Part shown: positions 14,701 through 27,700 of the stretch, in pieces
How the letters are laid out: each line of letters opens with the position of its first letter
How positions within the stretch are numbered: the stretch's first letter is position 1
Source: Daphnia carinata
Lineage: Eukaryota
Direction of reading: 5' to 3'
DNA: 64,000 nt
NCBI RefSeq assembly: GCF_022539665.2
Contig: NC_081333.1
Span: forward strand, 7,812,001-7,876,000
Notes under the pieces: model-generated
The model's database searches: none
The model's input: the letters and a program-made list of their open reading frames with translations, nothing else
What the model was told of the DNA's origin: nothing
Position numbers and translations under genes: made by a program

Positions 14701-17700
14701 AATAGTTTTCAGAGGGGAGCGGGGGAGGATGTAGTATGAGAATATACATATATACAGGAAACTGTGGAGGGGGGGTCTATAAAAAGGCTCACCCTATATA
14801 GACAATTGTGGTTGTTCCAAAAGCTTTTCACGCTGATGAATAAATGTATCACGAAAGTTTTATAGGGCGGTGACAAGCGTTTGACACATCGCGGTTAGAG
14901 GGTCCGACAACATCCGAGGGTCCTCCGAAAGGTTCCCTTAGATCCAACCGGACTCTATGTGAGGGATTTTTATAGAGAGTTCTATAACCGACTTATTCCT
15001 ATTCTGTAACGTTGACACGAGGCCATTAGCCGTATTGAGGCAAGCCAATAGAGGGGCCGACGACAGTTTCTGTTTATCCTTTTACGTCAAATACTTAATA
15101 CTACTTTTCTTTTTTCGAAAAATGGAAGAGAAAATATATTATCTTTGTCGTCAAATATGATTTCATTTTCGGGACGCATTCACAACGACATGCAAGTTGC
15201 GCAGAAGAGAGCTGGACGTGTCTGCTGGCCGGTATAGAACCGCTTTGGGAATGGCACGATTGAATTTACGATTCACTTTGATTCTTTAGATTGGACACTC
15301 TTTCCATTCACTCGTGTCGCGGACATTTTCTTTATGATTTGATGGCCACCGAGATTCTCGAGAGCGGTAAAGGCTCGACCGGTTTTTATTGACTCGCTCT
15401 GCGTGATTGAGCCAGCCCATGGGGCACTCCAGACTCGTCAAAGTAATTCCAAAGGCGCCGCAACGTACCGCAACTAGTGCGGAACAAAGAATTGTCCTTT
15501 CTTTGTTTTGCATTTTTGTTTTGAATGAAGAAAAGATGGTTGTGAGTGAAGGTTGAAGAAGAAGAGCAAAGAAATAAGGGGATAATTGCAGTATAACATA
15601 TGCAAATCTGTTTAACGGGAAATTATGACGAATGTGCCGATAAAGAATTCTTTTGGAGAGGGGGGGGGGGCGGTGGATTGTTTTTCTTCCGCCGGCCTCA
15701 GGTGCGACGAGGGGTGGTCTTTCCATGGATTCCCCAAAGCCCGGGTTTGCCCATTCTTGTAGTTCCTAAAAAATTCTTTTTACAAACTGAAATCGTTTTT
15801 GAGGGAAACAGGCAAAGGAGGTGCCACCTATTGAGTTACAACGCGAGCCGCTTGTAACTCGGGTGTAGTTTGGTGTAGGCAACACGGAAAAGCCCCTCCG
15901 CACTCCGTAAAGCAAGTGACCGGAATCGTCAATAGATTGCGCTGGAGAGGGCAATCCTGTATCAAATGTTGTGACGCAAAACAACCCGGGCGGAAACATC
16001 GGCGGAAAATGCGTCGCTTCCTTTTCGATGATTACAGCGCTCCCGGAAGAAAACCTTCGCTTTTTCCTTTTCTTTTTTTTTTCACATTTCCTGAATTTCT
16101 AACTTTATTTTGTCTTCTTTTTTGTTGCTTCGCTTTGTTGACAACGCTCGTTTTTATATCGCAATTGTGCCACCAACGTTTCTCGGCGCATTGACGCCCA
16201 CGTTACCTGTCTATTGTATATACTCTGTTGCGTCAACTATTTCTTCATAACGGAGATTGGTTTATTTTTCATTCCTCTTTTTCGTTTCCCCGTTTGATGC
16301 TAGACTACCGCTAACGTCGCTGTGGCGACGCCAACCAACCGGAATGAAACGTGATATACCACTCTCCCTTTTAAATCCTCTTCCCTTCTTGGCCTCTCAG
16401 TGATGAGAGTTTTTCTTTTCTTCCCCCACGAAACCAACATAGTCAAATGTGTAATATTAGTATAACATGATTGCGTTTTGAATCATTGGCTCAATGTTAT
16501 GATTAGGGTGAATCTCAACGAGGAAAGCAAGAGTGTTCCCTCTCTTAGTGTTTTTTTTATTGAACTGCTTGCGTTGTCTGGGCGGAAAAGAAAAAAAGGT
16601 GGAACAAGTTGATAAGACACAAGGAACTTTTCGATTTCCTGGTAACTCTCTTGTTTTTGCTACCAATTTGGCGTGCTTGATTGCAGAGTACATCTACGAC
16701 GGAGAAGAGGGAAGGTACAAGCAGGGACAATCGGATGCCGTCAAGTGTAGTGGGCGCTGCAGGAGTAGACACGTATCATATATCACGGGACACGAATGGA
16801 AAGGGTGCTCCTTTGCTTGTATATCCGTCTCTCATCATGTAGAAAGACGGCCGGTCGTCATGGCAACACCACGTCTACTCTTCCGCTATTACCCATGCCC
16901 CTCACTTGGAATAGAGAGTAACAACGGGGGGAGGCTCTCTCTCTCTCTCTCTGTAGACGAGAGCAGTCTCATTTTGCGGTCCCACCGATCGATGACGGAG
17001 CACGAGAGAGAGAGAAAAGTTACCATAGCAACAATGAAGAGCGCTATCCGAATGGCGGCCGACTGAAGGCAAAGAAACTAAAATGCAATAAGAAATCAAC
17101 ACGCCAGACTCCTTTTGGTTTCCAAGTTTATTTTTAAACGAAAGCCAAACAAAAAAATCCAGCTTCCATTCACAGCTGTAATATTTCGATTGCAGAGTGA
17201 AGAACATCTGCAGGATTAAATATGGAATCAATTAAGCACTGTCTGGATGCGGAAGACGTGAAAATGAGAGACATTCACTGAAAAAGACAAGCAAAATAGT
17301 TAAGATAATGTATTTAAGGCTCCTGGAACTCGTGTGGCATCTCAATCAACTTCATTCGCTTCTCGGGCTTTCTGTCCTCGTTCCTGACGTCCCAATGGAC
17401 TCCGATGTCATCAGAAGGCTCTTGTTCTTCAACAGTCGCTCTTTTTACAAAGTACCTCTTTTGTATCCTTCAATTTCTCGTGATGCGATCACCTTCAGTC
17501 CTTCACGGAAATCATATCAGTTTTCCGTACAAACGGAACTCGAAGGACTTCGGTATTTTGTGTTCTCTCAATGCGAGTGTCTCATAATCATTAGTTCTAT
17601 GTACATGGTCCTTATCTTGACATAATAATTAGTTTTTTAATCATTACTTTGTCTTTATGGTTCCACTGCACGTACACATGGCGATTACAAGTTGCATTTC

Positions 17701-20700
17701 CAAAGTGGAAACTTACTGCGCAATCTCAATCCCGTAATGAATTAAAAGTCGAAAAGCGTTTTGAAATATAGATGTAATTCCTTTATTTGACTTAAGATTT
17801 ATGTACATGTACCTATAAGCTTAGTTAAAAAAGAAATAGCCATATGGAACCGAAGAAGAACTGGTACGGTGTACGTGTACCACTGCGTGATTGTTTATTC
17901 AATAGACTTGAGAGTGTGTAGTGGCTGCTCACTGAAATATACAACAACTCTTTTCCACGGGGAATTTTCCTGGGGTGGCGGTTAACGTACGCAACTAAAG
18001 GCAAAAGAAGGAGAAGAAAAAAAAAGAACAAAACATAAAAAGGTATACAGTTGGCCAAGTTTTTATTTTTAGTGGAAAGCTCGGGAGTCGGGGATCGTCC
18101 GCGTCTAATTGCACCTTTGCATGGCTTGCATGGCTACGTAGTACGCACATTGAATTGTATACCACATTTAAAGCCAACTCCCTTGAAAACGGATACCTCG
18201 CAATGTATTTCTCCGTACTTGTAGATGATGAATAGAGATCGTGAAACATAACAAGCCGGCCTATTGTAGGACAAGTATTCAACGCAATAGATGTGCGAAC
18301 GGTGCATTATGCATAAAGAGAAATGCATGAAGGAAGAAAGATTTTGGCTATAAATGTACATATATACCCACGAGCTATAAGCAGAAACGTTCGAATGTTG
18401 TGTTTGGCGGAAACAAAAGTAATAACCATGGCGTTGCTTAATCGATGAAAACGGACAGCTCCTCCTTCACGTGAAATTGTGTCTGCGTGCACCTGTGTAA
18501 CGCACACATCAGACGCCCCCCCCCCCCCCATAGAGATCGATTGAACTTATTTCCCTAGTCACAAGGTCTAGTCTTATCGATAAAAATTCGACAAAAATAG
18601 AAACAATCGATGTATTGAACACTTTCCATTGGCAATGGCTGTTTCTATAGTTGATCAATTCGATAATGATCGCCACTGGAATGGCTAGGTCAACTGCAGC
18701 GCATTTATAGACTCGGTACCCTTTTTATTTAAAAGAAAGAATTACTCTAAATAACCGTTGTGACACACGTGCCATATCGTGCCACGCGCTCTATCGATTC
18801 CCATCAACTCGTCCGCATACCGTATATGCACTTGTAGTATATAATTATGGTGTATCCACATATCCTAGATAAAGCGTACACATACGGAAAAGAACTTTAT
18901 GTTAAAGGTTGATGCGTCCAAAAGGCAAGAAATTTGCAATTCCAACGCAGTGCTGACCGTCAACTTGAAGTGTGACAAATCGTTCAAAATTCTGGTGCTA
19001 TTCGTGATGAGTTTCTTATCACTTGAACGGCATGTATTGATATAAAGGATGAATATTTTCACTTTGCCGAGTGTAGACGACGAGGAGGAATAATAACAAG
19101 TATAGAGCTGTGTGTGTGTGTGTGTGTGTACCTCCCTTTTCAATTCCAGGAGACGATCGATCGAGCTGCTGCTGCGGAGATCTCTTCGTTCGCTTACAGG
19201 TTTAGTAACAAAGGTCCGCCAAAAAAACTAAGTTGATGCCTTTCCAAAATTTGAAATTTCTTTCTCGATGGCTTGTGAATTTACAGCGTAAAAAGAATTG
19301 CATTCTTCTGTGTTGACATCAATGAAAATTGAATTTTCACGTTCGTTTTTTTTTCACATGTCGAGCAAAAATGCGGAGAAACTTACATCAAGTTGTTCCT
19401 TTTTTCGCATGTCAATCCTGTCGATCGCAAGAAAAAATGCGACGACAAGTGGAAATCATTCTGTCGTGAATATACGCCCTGATAGGGAATAAATTCAACG
19501 TTCTGTGTTTGGCTCGCTTGTTTATTTTTTATTTTTTTTTTTGCTTCGTAAACACACGCCACTGGAATAATGATGCAACGACCTTTAGTGATGAATTTAC
19601 CCTCGTAGAATGTAGAACACACAACGGCAGCCAGAAAGCAAAGACTTCTTTTGATGTTGAGAATAATTCTCTCTCTCTCTCTCTCTCTCCGGGAAAACTT
19701 TCCGTCTACACGATGAGCGGATTATTGAAGTTGGGTAGAGCGTTTGTGTTGTGCAGACGCAGAAATGAGGAGGATCTCATTATAGAACTGTGACGCTAAA
19801 CTTCTCTTCTCCTTGTTCTCATTTCTCTTTGTTTACATCCCCTGTCTCATCACAGAGCAGCAACCCACTCCATCTCAAATAAGGAGACTCTGTTAAAAAT
19901 GTTCCAAGCAGCGAAAAATAATTGAATAAAAAATGTAAAACAAGTTTCTGCACATGGGTCCCGTTTTCATTATCTACACTTATCTACGGATCAGAGCGTA
20001 TGTAATGCGCATCGTTGTTAAATATAACGCATCATTCAAGACGCTATTATATAGTTGCGTGTTTTAATCTAGAAGTTCGCGAATGTTTTATTTAGAAAAA
20101 AAACAGACTACCAAAGTTAACTTTGCTAAGCCTGTGGCGCAAGAGGTTTGAAAAAACAAAACAAAATCCAAATATAATTGGAGAAAAAAAGAATGATAAT
20201 CCGGGCGTGTGAAAACGGAGGGTTATGCCATAGCGACTGTCACGTCAATTGCACACTTTTTGTTTCTGTTGTTTGGTCTAACTATTCTCCCTCGTGATTA
20301 TGCCCTACTGCTGCACCCATCGGACGGGAGGGACGCGTGTCGGCGTATATATTTTAACGCACTTCAATAGATTATCCATTTGGTCTACATAGCGTATATA
20401 TAAACTATATAGGGCTCATTGACGCTCGTGCATTATTATTGTCTATTTCTCATCCCGTTCCCGCCCGCCCCTCGTTCCCTCTTTTTTTTAACGTCTATTC
20501 TGGACTTATATAATAGATCCGCTTCCCCACCCTTTCACCAACCCCTCCTGAAAGGCTGCAATCCTCTCAACTGAGAGAGGCTTCAATTTCTCCCCACCTA
20601 CACCGCTGGCTACTACTTAACACATTCGTGTCGGTTGAATTAATTCTATACACTCATATGCTTATGGTGCGTCATACAGAAGAAGAGGGGGGGGGGGCTT

Positions 20701-21023
20701 ATGTATACATATATGATCCACCATTTGAACACATGAAAAGAAAACATTTTTCCATTTTGATCGACATTTTGTGTGCCGCGTGTATTTTTATAGCATCGCC
20801 ATAAGGAAACAAATGACGAGCACATCATTTAGAACAACGTATAATTCAAAAACTACAACACAAGATTGGAATGGTTGGTTAAGATAAACATAAATCGAGG
20901 TAGAACGTTGAAAATGAATTGCAACAAAAAACAAAACATTGATCACAATTGATTTAATGATTTATAAAATGGTAGTAAATAAAACGTGATGGTTGGTTAA
21001 TTACTGACGAATTTTAGGTCGCG

Positions 21024-21094
21024 CTCTTGGCATTCACCGCGTGCCTTATGATCCCGTTCAATAGTACAAAAGGCACAACAATGAACACGAGGAG
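21024..21094 (-). ncRNA. mir-124: microRNA mir-124 precursor; mature miR-124-3p at 21048-21026
   Basis: The minus strand reads TAAGGCACGCGGTGAATGCCAAG, the conserved miR-124 mature sequence. It is preceded by a complementary 5p arm (CTCCTCGTGTTCATTGTTGTGCCTT) and a ~20 nt loop, forming a canonical pre-miRNA hairpin. Confidence 0.97.
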
Positions 21095-21354
21095 AACTAT
21101 GTGTTTTGTTGAATCGAAAACAGGCCGAGGAAACAGAAGGAACAACAGCGGAGTTTCAAGTCCTCCGATGAAGTCGTTCCCATCGACCATTTCGATCACA
21201 TTCACGACCGAGAAATGTGTGAAAATAAACGAAACAAGTAACCACCATCACGGACGAATAGACGGGAATGCCAGCACTGGAGTCCACCGGTTAAAGATGC
21301 TTCCACTTCCAAGTCCGATTGCATCTCAAATGCGTGATGAGAGAACGAGAGAAG

Positions 21355-21740
21355 CCGACAGCTGATTGGTGCGACGTCTATCACGTGACTGACGGAAGAG
21401 CGGGACCGTCGCGCGAAGTGTAACGGCCGACGACTGGCGGTGGATGGTACGCATGGATAAGTCTGTCCCTCCCCCACCTCTTTTCTCCTCCTCCCTCCCC
21501 CTGTGCGCCATCTTTACCTCCTACCCTTCTATCAAACCCACCCACTCACTCCCCCCCTCCACCGAAAGCAAAAAAAGAAGAGGGGGAGACTCGATCAATA
21601 CCATCAAATAACGGGCGCGGTATAGCGCCGCGACACTTGGCGCATTGACGGGACTGGCCTTTCCACCCCTCGGTCTCCCCACCCCCCTCCCCGTTCAACT
21701 GACGTCACACACATGCTCAATTGCTTGGCCGTGGACGCCC
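21355..21740 (-). promoter_or_regulatory. Candidate promoter/enhancer of the mir-124 host transcript
   Basis: GC-rich island 0.3-0.7 kb upstream of the hairpin. It contains a minus-strand CCAATCAG box next to a CAGCTG E-box (~21359-21369), TCACGTGA (~21381), and a perfect TGACGTCA (21700-21707). Confidence 0.4.
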
Positions 21741-24700
21741 TTTTACTCTTACACGTAACTTACCTTTCTTACGGGCAAAAATCAAAACAATATGCACATA
21801 ATGATACCTTGTTTTGCTCATTGATCTGTTGTCGGTGACGGGTCTGCGCACAATAACACAGATGTTTACTTTTCGAGTTCACAACTGCCAAACTGAAAAA
21901 TGTTGTGTTATTTTTCCCTTTTTTTCTAATTTAGGGTGAATGTCAGGCCGACTTGCCGAGAAAAACTGGTGAAACGCACGTCAGTTGGATCGATGGCCAA
22001 CGACCAAAACATAAAAAAAAACCAAACAGGATCAAATTGTTGAATTAGATGAACAAGGTGGAAAAACCTAACTTAGTTAATTAAAATTAACTTCATGCAC
22101 AGAGGTACGTTGTAACGACACGGAACAAACGCAGAAGAAAACGGACGCAAATGTTGTTTTTTCCCCTTCACACTGGAAATGCATGCGCTCGTTTGATCAA
22201 TGAGCTGAGGTACGACCGCGAGCAATGGCTTTAGTGAACCCCCAAACGAAAAACAGCTGCCGATCGTCCATCCAGTCGACACTACATAGTCTTATACGTA
22301 CATGGATGAAAAGGTTTTTTTTATATAAGTACTAGTAAATAGTAGGGGGCGAAAAGGGAGGGAGGCATCCCTTATTACATAGTCAGCTGCAGTGTACAAA
22401 GTATAGACTCAATGACCCTGTGTAGAATGCCGAATCGCCGGATAGAAAGCAAAAAAAAAAAAAATAGAAATGAATTTGATAAGAGGCAATGATAAGCAGA
22501 TGCACGTATTATTATGCATAGAAATTATGTAAATAGAATAAAAAGAGAATTCTAGTACGACGCTCATAACGGTCCAGTGGTATCGAGCTGGGAATTTTTT
22601 TTTTTGGCTACCGTGTCTCTTTAAACGAGTAATGGCGTCGCTTTTCATTTGGTTGGGGTGTGGAATTGAGGGACACAAGCAGAGAAATAAATATTTAAAA
22701 AAAAATCTTTGAATCCCCCCCCCCACTCTGGCGGGCGTCTCCCCCTCCTTTTGGAACTTGATTGGGTGACGCACAAACACGTACACAGTCATTCTCTCTT
22801 CAACAACGGTACCCCCTCCCATCACCCGACTACTCCCTCTTTACGTGTCTGTCTGCAACTACAAAAATCAATAGATTGAGAGACCCCGCGATAACTTTTT
22901 ACTCTAACGGAGGTTCCCGTTTGTGGTGCGCATGCTCGGTGACGTAAGACGCCAGAGTCAGCCATTGCCATGTAGCACGCAATTTACTTTTTGTCGAGAG
23001 AAAACAAAAACTTTGCAATTTCTTATTTTCCTTTTAGCGTGGTTTAACGGTGAACGCTCACGCAAATGGCGCAATAAATCACGCATGAAATTATGAATAT
23101 TCTAAGTTTAGTATCTAGCAGTTCGATTTTCTGAACCGCAATCGATTGACGGGTAAAAATTAAAAAAAAAACGGATGTGACGTCTTTGCGTGTGAAAATC
23201 GAACGTTAGAGAAACAAAAGACACGACACGAAAAGTAAAATAATCAAATATTTGGGTGAAATGCAGATGCAAACCGGTCTGTGCGGATGGCGGTGCCCGC
23301 AAGCTCGGATTTCCGGTTAAAATGAAAAGCCAAAATAACTCCGAGCGGCATCGCCGCGCATCCACTTAGAAGACAAAAGGAACAAAAGAGGCAACGAGAC
23401 AAATAATCTTCCAATTCTACGATTAATTTCAATAAAAATAGAATTAAAAAAGAAATTTGACCGGATATGTTATGTGAAGACCGGGAAGCTTGTAGACGAT
23501 GACACGTCACGTCCAGTTGACCGGAATGGCGGATGCTAATGTGCCGTTTTTTTGTGTGTGTTTGGTTGTTGAATTCTTTCCAAAAAAATTTTTTGGGCTG
23601 AAGATGATGACGTCAGTTGAGTTGGACTCGGACCCCGTTACGACCCACCCGAATAGAAAAAAAAAAAAGTCAGGGAGCTTCAACTGGATGCGACCGACCA
23701 GCGACGCCGGCAGCCAACGACTTGTACCGACGTTGGACTCGCACCACTCCACATCGGCGTCGCGAGGGGAAGAATAGAGGGAGGAAGGGAAATTTTGTTC
23801 CTTTTTTTTTTTCCTTCTCCTCTATCGATCCATCAACCCCCTTTCACTCTCCCCCCTCACCACCACCCGTTCTTTTCACGCATGCTCCCAACGGATACAT
23901 CCAAATACACGCATCTGTATATAAACGAAACTCTCTGATATTTAAAAGGAATGGAAGAGACGTTTTTTTTTCCCTTTTTGTATGTGTCCGTTTGGTTGCT
24001 CCTGACTCCTCTTTACCCACCCACACCTCCCACATCTACCCTTTTGTGAATTAGCAGATGGGGACGATACGTGCAGCGCAGCCATCGGTGGGAGAAGCGA
24101 CCCTTCTCTTTTCTTTGGGTGGAAGGGGAGGTGAGGTGGAGGAATAGCCCCAATGTATAGTATATAGATAGATATATCTCTTATTTGATATAGAGGAAAG
24201 GGGGGAACCGTTGTGCTGGGATGTCCTGTGTATATTTCGATATCTAACAGAATTGGCGGATGCTGAGCTAGTGCTGAGCAAAAGATGAAAGCGACCAAAC
24301 ACACACAAACAGGCACCAGAGAGAATAGAAGAAAACCTTCTTGATTATATATGGAAATTGAGAATAAAGGAGAGCTGAAGCGAAGCCAGCTCTTGTAGAG
24401 AGAAAGAAACAAGGCACCTCCGGGGATCCCAACAAACTTGCAAAGCTGATTCTCACTTCTCATTTTCCGGCTCCCAAATTTGACGCGTTTGAAATATTCA
24501 AGAGATGAACGTTCACATTTCCAGCCAAACTTTTCAGATGAAACATTATGAATATATATTTTCTGATATTAAGGATTCCAATCCTATTAGAACTGACGTT
24601 ATTGCTCACAGCGTCGATGTGAGGCATCCAATTGTCTAAGCGAGGAATTATGTCGTGCGCAGTTTTAGGCGTCTCTTCATAACGAGACGTTTATCTAAGT

Positions 24701-27700
24701 GGCTTTACTTTATCAGTTAACGTTCCTTTATATTTAAAACTGTCTGACGTGTCCCCCGTTTAAAAAAAATGATACTGTAACTCGCTATCCAATTGTACAT
24801 CAATTTGGTCCGATCCGATAAAGTTTTCTTGCCTGACTTGTTGACGATACACACTCCCGCAACAACTTATTTGTTTTTGGTTTGTGTCCTCCATCGCCAA
24901 TAGCTCCCCCGCTGGCACTACCTAACACCCAACCATGACTTGTTATCACCACTTTTTTCTGTAAATAGTAAAGTATTTCATTGACGTTGGCAATGATTTT
25001 TCATTTGGGCACTGCTCTACGCAAAACGTTTTAAGAGCAAATAATTTTTTGTTTTACTTGTTTGCGAATCGATCCTTTCGTTCGGCGACAGTTTCTCCGC
25101 ACTTTTGTTTGCCCTTTAAAATGATGAACGACAAAATAAAAAAAAAAGCCAAAGAAACTTTGGGATTTCTGTGGCTGTTGGATGCAGATGTGTGAAAAAA
25201 AGGGAGACTATTGCACTGGAGGAAGAAGAAGAGAACTGTTAGAAGTTGTGGCGCTCAAAGAGTCGGTCGAATCAATACGACGTACGTCGTCGTGCTGTTA
25301 CAGCCTCTGGTTCCTGGCTAGATCCTGATACTATTGAATCAAGAGGAACGAGTCTTGTGCAGCATCCCTGCAGCAGAGAGAATAGACGGAGGGGAATATA
25401 TATAAGAGATGAAGGGGGGGGGGGGTGACTGTGTGTATAGGTTGTTGTTAATAGAACAAAAAAAAAAAAAGAGAAAAAAAACTAGGAGGGAGAGGGATGC
25501 TGCTTGTGTTCCTGGACCCAACTAATCGATACTTGATACCCCTCTTCGTCTCTCTTATTTTGTCTTTTTTTTTTATCTTTCTCTCTCTTCTGCAACTCTC
25601 GATGGCGCATTTTCATTCTGTGTAACATCAGTTGGATACCAATCGATACTCTAACATCAATCACTGCTTTTGATATACAGCCTACGTAGACACTATGTGT
25701 GCAGTTTATTCAGCTTTTTTTTTTCACTCTCACTCCGTATCCTTATTCTTCTAACTTCTTTCATGTTACACACGTTCGTTGACGGAGAGCTAAAGAGTAA
25801 AAAAAAGACAAACAACAAAAGTTTGTACCATAATATAAAGCCAAAGCAATGATTTTTCGCAATGTGATCTCAATAATCGATGCCATACAATCGAAAGGTA
25901 AAGAAATGAAAATAAGAAAATCAAAACTGTGGGGAAAAGATATATAAGCTATAATCATGATGCTGACGTTCAGAGCTTATTTCTGTTCCTTTTTTCTATT
26001 TCCTTTTAATGCTATAGGGAAAGAAGCCGATAAAGCAAATCATTTTGGCTTTTTTTCTATTTATTAAATGCGGTTTCTAATAAGGAAAAAAGAAAATCAA
26101 TTTCTAAGCTGCGCTGATCGTTTTTTCTTTCGTAATTGATTTCACAGCACTATGCTAAGTAATGAAGGAAAATCTTTTCACGTCTTTTGCAATACGTTGT
26201 CAATTAAAATCCACATCGTGTCAATTTGTTGTGCTCGACTGGCAATGACGTGTAGCCCATAATGCGATCGATTCGTCAGCTACGTATTTTAGCTGTTGCT
26301 GACGCATCATCATCCATCCATCCCTGCAGGAAAAAGCAAAAAAAAAACATATGGGTTCTCTCTCTTTTCCATCCGTCGCTCATTTTTGCTGTAGCTACTA
26401 TATAATAATAATATACAAGAGTCTAATTTCCTATCCCATCTCTCTTTTGCCCAGCACCCATTTCTTCCTCTTTTCTCTCCGCTGACGCCTGCAGCGGTCC
26501 CTTCCGTCGAATTTCCTGGCTTTTTTTGGCATCCTGCTGTCACCGCGACGACAAAACATTAATTAAGCCAACTCATACATGTGTGTCATAACGCCAGAGG
26601 GAACACATTCGACATGAAATCAGGTCTGAACGCTCCTCCAATCTAATGGCGTATTCTTTTTCCTTGTACTACGTTTCTCGATTTTGTACTCGTACCAATA
26701 ATGACAGACTAGTTGTATTATCTGTAATACATATGGCTATATGATGTGGGATTATGCATTTCAATTTCGCGCCTGATCGAAGTGTCTATATAGGACGTCT
26801 TGTACATATTGACTCGCGCAGGTTGTGTCGACAAGTTGATTTGCACTTGGCTCCCACTTTTCCTGTGCGTGTATTGTCGATATCGGAAACGACTTCTTTT
26901 TATTTTCTTCTCGTTCCTAAAATCGATACCAAGCAAGGAACAACCTCGGCGAAGAAGAATATATGGAAATGGAGGGAGAAGAAAACGAAAAAGATTTTTT
27001 TTCATAACGTCTTCCCAGTTGGCTTTCCTCCATCACCCGAAAGGCAGCAGCCAATCGGGATGGGATCTTGAACGAAGCGAGCCGTTGGCAGCGTGAGCCA
27101 ATGGCGTTCGGCGTGAAAGGCGGGGCCTTTTCGCTTGTCGGCTGTGTAGACACGCAGGCCACTAGATCCTATATACCGTCCTTTTGCGCCGCTACAGTAG
27201 CGCAGCAGCGCTCCGAAAATATGAAATCCCCTTTTCCTAATAACCTCTGCGCTACGCAATATCCAAAAGCCCCCTATAATATAATAACAATCAGCCATCT
27301 TGGCGTGTGCATCCTCTCAGCAACGTACATCATCCTTTACACATTTGGACACGATGATATTCCGCTTCTCTATACACTTTGTAAAACAGCTGAGGGATGT
27401 TTATTCAGAGTGTTTGCATATCTACGTGTAGTAGAGGACGATTTCGTTATAACAAAAGGCTGTTACGTAAAGATCTTTTTTTCCTTCAAAGTATATACAA
27501 ACAAAATCGGTATCCGTAGGATTCTTATTCATATTAAAGTAGACGGTGTAGGCGAAGAACGTGGGTAGCTACATGAGGATTTTTGAGGAGCACATCAACA
27601 GATGTATTTTCCAGGAAAAGACCATCAGCGTATAGCTGACAAAACATAACGAAATACGACACCTAATCCCTTGCTTCCATCTAAAGGGTTTTTGTATGCA

